In this document: in pieces, positions 58,888-64,000 of the stretch | Layout: each line of letters opens with the position of its first letter | Numbering within the stretch: the first letter of the stretch is position 1 | Notes under the pieces: model-generated | The model's input: the letters and a program-made list of their open reading frames with translations, nothing else | The model's database searches: none | Told to the model about the DNA's origin: nothing | Assembly: GCA_041178085.1 (NCBI GenBank) | Contig: JBEGVZ010000037.1 | Location: forward strand, 8,733 to 72,732 | DNA from: Pseudomonadota bacterium | GTDB lineage: Bacteria > Bdellovibrionota_B > Oligoflexia > Oligoflexales > RGVZ01 | Direction: 5' to 3' | Length of the DNA: 64,000 nucleotides | Translations under genes and position numbers: made by a program

Positions 58888-59536
58888 GCACCGCGAGCGC
58901 ACCTGCACATTCTGCAAGTGGGGGATCAATCATTTGCACCCTCGTGATGGATCCAGCCGGTGTCAGGGGGCTGGTATCCATCAATACCCGCAAGTCCAGC
59001 AAGCGTCTTTCCCCGTCAACAGAAACCACTTCTGCGTCCTGAAACCAGAAACGCCTGCGACCAGCAGGAAAGTGGCACTTGAAAAGGGCTTCCTTGGCGA
59101 CGAAGACGTCGACCAACGACAGCTTTCCGGCTGTCACCATCGCAGATTCCACAGCAGTGCAAATCTTGTCAATCAGCGCTGGCTTTACACGACTGGAGTG
59201 CTCGATATCAAGGCCGACGGAGACGACATCTTCGTTGCCTGACAAAGCTACGGAAACTTGACCGAGGGAGTGGCTGACTGATCCGCACGTGCCCGGCGGC
59301 CATACGATCAATCCGTCCGCGTCGCGGACGGGATCATCGGAAACGCCGAGCACCTGTCGAACCAGGTAACGGCTGCGCAGGAATTCGGCGCGGCGGGCAG
59401 GATGAGAGATCGTCCTTAATGTCCGCTGACTTGCAAAAGATAATCCTGACAGCAGGGCCTCTTCAGGCACAGCCACGTCACGGTCCAGGAAAAGGACCCG
59501 GGTGCCGTTTGGTGCTGTCATTGCCTGTATGTTCAA
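58862..59536 (-). CDS. 4'-phosphopantetheinyl transferase (Sfp/EntD type)
   Basis: WPPGTCGSVSHS, VGLDIEHS and FVAKEALFKCH are the three PPTase signature blocks. The TTG 59536 start overlaps the upstream stop, and ATG 59521 is an alternative. The 3' end overlaps the convergent gene by 26 nt. Confidence 0.75.
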   Translation of the reverse strand: MNIQAMTAPNGTRVLFLDRDVAVPEEALLSGLSFASQRTLRTISHPARRAEFLRSRYLVRQVLGVSDDPVRDADGLIVWPPGTCGSVSHSLGQVSVALSGNEDVVSVGLDIEHSSRVKPALIDKICTAVESAMVTAGKLSLVDVFVAKEALFKCHFPAGRRRFWFQDAEVVSVDGERRLLDLRVLMDTSPLTPAGSITRVQMIDPPLAECAGALAVLRPVQPFR

Positions 59537-60717
59537 ATACGACCGGTCGCCTGCAAATAGATGATAGAACTGAAGGGCATCTCACCGAATTCGCTGTCCG
59601 TCCCGCCACTGAAGAAAGTCGGATTCACCGACAGCGATATCAGCGGTGATATTGAACGCCTCAGTTCAACACTTGCGAACGTGCTCTGGTCCAGTGCATT
59701 TTGCAGAACGGAAGCCGAAATTCGTGTTTTTGGCAGGGAATCCTCGTCGTGGAAGGCAAGAAACGCATAAGTCCGCCCCAGGAACCTTGAATCCGGTTTC
59801 TTATCGTTACTGGCTTCGTCCTGGGCTTCGATCGATGCAAGGAAATCCCTGAATTCCTTGCGGTCGAGTCCGCTCTGGTTCTGCATGAACTCAATCGTGG
59901 CAGAACGTTTTCCGGCAATCACGAAACGACCGCCGGCCAGCACAAACATGCTGGGGTCCAAGTGTTTGAAGCTGGAAAAGCTTCGTTCACGCTGTTCCCC
60001 CGGGCTGCGTTGGCGCGACTGATAACGACCGTCCACATGCAACTCAAGACGGTCGCCCGCGAAGAAACGGGAGGCAGAAAATCCCGTAGTTGCCTTGTCC
60101 TCTGACTGCATCGTTGCCTGCAGGCGCAGGTCGATGCCGGCAATCTGGGTCTGTCCCTGAAGCCAGGCCTTGCCCTTCCCTGCAAAAGCGGCTCGCAACG
60201 GAATGAACCCTAGCCCAACCTTGCCAGCAACCCCGCTGATTGCCAGCCGTGTGAAGAACTTCCCTTCCCGCTGATAAAGGGGGTCTATGAGGTCTTTGTC
60301 CTCATTGAGCAGATCTGAAGGGTTCATCAGAATACCAGGTCCGTCGAACTCGACCTTCTTGCCTGTGGTGAGAAGAAAAAGTCCCCCGGCCAGCTGGGAC
60401 TCGATGAACCCCTGCTGGATGACCAATTCGGTCCCACCGTTTGGCGACTCCCTTGGCGTGCGAATCCCAGCTTCCAAGACCGCTGCGTCCTCATATTCCC
60501 AGTTCAAGTCGTAGCGCAGGGTTGCATACAGCTGGTCAACTGTGTCCTTGTCTTCTTTCGGACGGTGGAAGGCCGAGGACTTCCTGCGGGCAAGCGATAA
60601 TTGGCGATAGATGACTTCTGGCCGGACCTTGATGGATGGCTCACCTGGGGATTCGCCTTCTGCCCTCGCTATTCCGCTGACAAGGGCGAACAAGGTTATC
60701 GCCGCACTCCTGATCAT
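59533..60717 (-). CDS. hypothetical secreted protein, outer-membrane beta-barrel-like
   Basis: Signal peptide MIRSAAITLFALVSGIARAEG. Alternating-strand composition. ATGA overlap with the radical SAM gene. No recognisable domain. Confidence 0.5.
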   Translation of the reverse strand: MIRSAAITLFALVSGIARAEGESPGEPSIKVRPEVIYRQLSLARRKSSAFHRPKEDKDTVDQLYATLRYDLNWEYEDAAVLEAGIRTPRESPNGGTELVIQQGFIESQLAGGLFLLTTGKKVEFDGPGILMNPSDLLNEDKDLIDPLYQREGKFFTRLAISGVAGKVGLGFIPLRAAFAGKGKAWLQGQTQIAGIDLRLQATMQSEDKATTGFSASRFFAGDRLELHVDGRYQSRQRSPGEQRERSFSSFKHLDPSMFVLAGGRFVIAGKRSATIEFMQNQSGLDRKEFRDFLASIEAQDEASNDKKPDSRFLGRTYAFLAFHDEDSLPKTRISASVLQNALDQSTFASVELRRSISPLISLSVNPTFFSGGTDSEFGEMPFSSIIYLQATGRI

Positions 60718-62450
60718 GATGCGGCCACCCCATGCCCCTGGGCAGCGCGGGTGGCATCCGGCTTTCCTGCCATCGCGGCAATTACGGCTTCGGCACCGGG
60801 AATGACACCGGCTTCGACGTCTTTCGCGTATGAATTCTCGTACAGGTTCGGATTGGCAATGCGCGCATCGATCTGGGACAGCACATATTTTGAGTGCTTG
60901 TAAAAGTGCGTGTAGATACCTATGAGCTTCATCCCTGCGTCAAATGGTCCAGGTCCGTACTTCAACATCTTGGCCATGCACGAAAGGTAGTGCCAGCGCA
61001 AAGCCGGATCACCCAGCATCATCTTTGAAAGGTTCCACAGGCCCGTCAGGTTACGTTTCCACTCAAACAATGAAGGAATGTGGACACTCTTCGTCTTCAG
61101 GCGACGGGCAGTCTCAAGCACCCGTCCAAAATAAGCCCGTGGCGAGTAAATCTCTGCTATCACATTGCGGTATTCGCGCAGGATGTCGTGCTGGGGACGC
61201 TTCGTCACAAAGTTCAATCCGGATACCGTATGATCACCAGCAACCGCGGAATGAATCACGAGGCGGTATTCTTTCTGGTCCGGTGGAACCAGCTTGCCAC
61301 GCGAATCAAGCATGCGACCTTCCTTCTGAAGGCGACGCGTAAGCTGGGTGTTCGGCAGGGCAACAAGAAGCCCCGCAGAAGCCATGCAAATGGCAGTGTC
61401 CTCGATGCACTTGATCATCATCTTGTCCGTACCTGGCTTTTCCGAATCAAAGCCGAGGATGAACCCGCCAAGTGCAACGATGCCGTGCTTGTACAGGTTG
61501 TTCACCCGGTCAACGATCGGACGCATGGTGTTCTGGCTTTTCTGCGTCTGCATCAGGATCTCGGGGTCGGGTGTCTCGATACCCATGAAAACAAAACGGA
61601 AGTCCGCTGACTGCATCATCTCCAGCAGCTTCATGTCGTCGCCAAGGTTCATCGACGCTTCGGTGGCAAAGTAGAACGGATGGCCATGGCTGTTCTGCCA
61701 GTCGATCACATGGGGCAGCAGTTTCTTCACATTGCGCTTGTTACCGATGAAGTTATCGTCCACGAAATAGATCGAACCCCGATAACCACAGTCGTAAATC
61801 GCCTGAAGTTCCGAAAGAACCTGCTCCGGAGTCTTGGTCCTTGGCACACGGCCATAAAGTTCGATGATGTCACAGAATTCACAGTTGAACGGGCAGCCCC
61901 GCGAATATTGCAGACCCACTTCCACATAGTTTCTAAAGTCCAGCAAGTCGAAACGAGGCAGCGGTGACTTGCTGACATCGGGCTTCTTGTCGGTCTTGAA
62001 TACGCCGCGGGGATTTCCTGCGCGCCAAGCATCAAGCCATACGTGGATGAGTTCTTCGGCCTCGCCAACAACCGTGACATCAGCATCGGCATACAAGTCG
62101 GGTTGACTTGAAGGTTCTGGGCCACCAACGACCACGAACTTGCCATCGGCATTGGCTCTCTTGATCAAATCCATCAACCCCTGCTGCTGGGGTAACATGC
62201 CGCCAACGCAGATTATATCGGCTTCCTGCCACCAGTCCTGGCGGAAGTCCATGACGTTCAGGTCCATCAGCTTGATGTCCCAGTGCTGCGGCAAGAGCGC
62301 CGCAACCGTCAACAGTCCAAGGGGAGGACTTGGCGTCTTTGCCCCCATGAGCTCAGCAGCCGAAACGTAGTTCCAGAAGCTGTTTGGGGGAAACTTCGGA
62401 GAGATCAGAAGACACTTCAGCTTCTGGTCGGGATGCATGCTGAAACCCAT
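60714..62450 (-). CDS. B12-binding domain radical SAM protein (class B, DUF4070-type C-terminus)
   Basis: AGGAGA RBS. N-terminal cobalamin-binding Rossmann-like region (DIICVGGM...FVVVGGPEPS). Radical SAM cluster motif YSRGCPFNCEFCDI. Long helical C-terminal region. Confidence 0.85.
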   Translation of the reverse strand: MGFSMHPDQKLKCLLISPKFPPNSFWNYVSAAELMGAKTPSPPLGLLTVAALLPQHWDIKLMDLNVMDFRQDWWQEADIICVGGMLPQQQGLMDLIKRANADGKFVVVGGPEPSSQPDLYADADVTVVGEAEELIHVWLDAWRAGNPRGVFKTDKKPDVSKSPLPRFDLLDFRNYVEVGLQYSRGCPFNCEFCDIIELYGRVPRTKTPEQVLSELQAIYDCGYRGSIYFVDDNFIGNKRNVKKLLPHVIDWQNSHGHPFYFATEASMNLGDDMKLLEMMQSADFRFVFMGIETPDPEILMQTQKSQNTMRPIVDRVNNLYKHGIVALGGFILGFDSEKPGTDKMMIKCIEDTAICMASAGLLVALPNTQLTRRLQKEGRMLDSRGKLVPPDQKEYRLVIHSAVAGDHTVSGLNFVTKRPQHDILREYRNVIAEIYSPRAYFGRVLETARRLKTKSVHIPSLFEWKRNLTGLWNLSKMMLGDPALRWHYLSCMAKMLKYGPGPFDAGMKLIGIYTHFYKHSKYVLSQIDARIANPNLYENSYAKDVEAGVIPGAEAVIAAMAGKPDATRAAQGHGVAAS

Positions 62451-62561
62451 GGCCAGTCTCCTGACAATAAACGCGTCTTTTGCGTGTACTTAAAGGGTAA
62501 ACCAGACCGGCCGGGATATCCAGCCGACATTGGAAACGCTGAAATTACCGGAAGTCAGGCC

Positions 62562-63317
62562 TCAGCCAAGAACAAACCCGCCATCGACCGTGATCACCTG
62601 TCCGGTCATGAAGGCAGCATGATCAGAGGCCAGCATAACAGCCCAGGTGGCAATATCGTCCGGTTTGCCGTGCCTTTTGATCAATTGATGATCAAGGATC
62701 ATTTGTTTCGCCAGTCCAATCACTTCCTTCGTCATGTCCGTCTCTATCACACCGGGGGCGATGCAGTTGACGAGGATGTTCCGCGAGGCCAGTTCGACCG
62801 CCAGGCTCTGGGTCAGGCTTTCAAGGGCACCCTTTGATGCGGCATAATTGCCCTGTCCCCTGCCCCCGCGAGACGCGGCAATGGACGACATGTTGATGAT
62901 CCGTCCCCAGCGTTTCATCATCATGCCCCGGATCACTGCCCGCGAACAGTGAACTGCCCCCATGACATTGGTGGCGAAAACATCTTGCCAGTCCTGGTCT
63001 TCGAGCATCATGAACAGGTTATCCCGAACCACGCCGGCATTGTTCACGAGGATATCAACGCCGCCAAACGCTTGCTCAATCTGGTCACGGGCCTGCTCGA
63101 CAGACTTCATGTCCGCTACGTCGCATTGCAAACTCAGCGCCTTCACACCGAGTGCTTCAATGGCAAGGGCAACTTCCCGGGCAGCGCTCTCCCCGGACCG
63201 CCAGGAGATTGCAACATCAGCGCCCGCCCTGGCAAAGGCCAGCGCCATTGCACGGCCCAGGCCACGACTTCCACCCGTAATCCACACCTTCTTGCCTGTC
63301 AGTTCGATCCCAAGCAT
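62562..63317 (-). CDS. fabG: 3-oxoacyl-ACP reductase-like SDR (FabG family)
   Basis: KKVWITGGSRGLGRAMALAFARAGADV. NNAG. SSIAASRGGRGQGNYAASKGAL (S...YxxxK). ATG 63317 is preferred over GTG 63329. Confidence 0.8.
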   Translation of the reverse strand: MLGIELTGKKVWITGGSRGLGRAMALAFARAGADVAISWRSGESAAREVALAIEALGVKALSLQCDVADMKSVEQARDQIEQAFGGVDILVNNAGVVRDNLFMMLEDQDWQDVFATNVMGAVHCSRAVIRGMMMKRWGRIINMSSIAASRGGRGQGNYAASKGALESLTQSLAVELASRNILVNCIAPGVIETDMTKEVIGLAKQMILDHQLIKRHGKPDDIATWAVMLASDHAAFMTGQVITVDGGFVLG

Positions 63318-64000
63318 TTGCGCCCCCACGATGTATCAGCACACCAGGCGAACAGGCGTTCACCGTAATCCTCAAAATCTGGAGCAACCCCGGACTGCTC
63401 CCCAAGAACGGACTGCGCCACTGTCGTATCAAACACCCGTCCGCGTGATCCCAGATACGGAATGTGCCACGCAACCGTCGACAGGATTTCCTGCATCGCA
63501 TGGCTGCACCGGCGAAAGACTGGCTTGAACAGCAACAGCTTCAGGATCCAAGGAGGACTCAATGGCAAAGGCTTCCGTTTGAAAGCGCGGCCAGCGGCAG
63601 CCATCACGGACACCGGGCCGGGGGACCTGCTCCCTGCGCATAAGTGTAACGTCTTGCCGACAATGTCCCCGACCGGAACCTGGCAAAGGCGGACCAGGGC
63701 CGAAGCGACAAAATTACTTGGCACCAGGTCTACCAGCGCCCTGCGAGACAGGGGGGCTCGTGGCACGACATCGCGCAGCCACAGGCGTACCACGGAATAG
63801 ACTACACGGAAATGCAGCGTGAACCCGTTCCTGCTGTCGCCGACGATAATGCTGGGACGCACGACGCACCAAGGCAATCCGGACTGGCGGACGATATCCT
63901 CGGCCTCCCACTTCGATTGCTCATAAGCGTTGTTGAAGCCTGCACGGGGCCATACCCCGTCCTCCCGGATCAACCCCCGTCGACGCCCCGCAACAAATGC
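63299..64000 (-). CDS. thioester-reductase / fatty-acyl reductase-like extended SDR domain protein (C-terminal part; 5' end beyond the window)
   Basis: NAYEQSKWEAEDIV (YxxxK) and VRPSIIVGDSRNG are typical of NAD_binding_4/terminal reductase domains. The catalytic Tyr normally lies >150 aa from the domain start, so the gene must extend past 64000. It overlaps fabG by 19 nt. Confidence 0.6.
   Translation of the reverse strand, partial: AFVAGRRRGLIREDGVWPRAGFNNAYEQSKWEAEDIVRQSGLPWCVVRPSIIVGDSRNGFTLHFRVVYSVVRLWLRDVVPRAPLSRRALVDLVPSNFVASALVRLCQVPVGDIVGKTLHLCAGSRSPGPVSVMAAAGRAFKRKPLPLSPPWILKLLLFKPVFRRCSHAMQEILSTVAWHIPYLGSRGRVFDTTVAQSVLGEQSGVAPDFEDYGERLFAWCADTSWGRKCLGSN

Overview
This is a 64-kb chromosomal segment from a moderately GC-rich diderm (Gram-negative-type) bacterium. 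It is densely packed with about 65 protein genes. Reading both strands by eye, I found no rRNA or tRNA genes, CRISPR arrays, transposases or integrases, reverse transcriptases, or recognisable defence or toxin-antitoxin genes.

The backbone is housekeeping: a partial photolyase, greA, tyrS, ubiE, oppABCDF, miaA, mutL, engB, lpdA plus an E2 acyltransferase, tig, katG, clpP-clpX-lon and fabI. Lineage-specific envelope or secreted gene sets are threaded through this backbone.

The loci most worth follow-up:
1. Four very cysteine-rich secreted proteins or lipoproteins alternate with mutL and miaA at 24.5-32 kb. Two of them carry proline-rich tandem-repeat linkers, and one linker is built from near-perfect 21-bp repeats.
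2. A carrier-protein-type lipid-tailoring locus lies at the right edge (56-64 kb). It encodes a thioester-reductase-like protein, a FabG-like SDR, a B12-binding radical SAM enzyme, an outer-membrane-like protein and a PPTase. It converges on fabI plus an LplT-PlsC fusion and continues beyond the window.
3. A seven-gene translationally coupled envelope operon at 8.5-12.6 kb encodes two YtkA/FixH-like proteins, an OM protein, a TlpA-like protein, a thioesterase, an orphan SBP and an orphan pseudopilin.
4. Three tandem paralogous small lipoproteins lie at 43.1-44.3 kb.
5. katG forms a terminator-bracketed unit splitting the normally contiguous tig-clpP-clpX-lon block.

All functional calls rest on motif recognition in the translated ORFs, with no database search. 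Many start codons were re-picked from RBS and signal-peptide context. The taxon cannot be fixed from this window; the abundance of secreted proteases and lipoproteins only weakly suggests a Bdellovibrio-like or deltaproteobacteria-type lifestyle.
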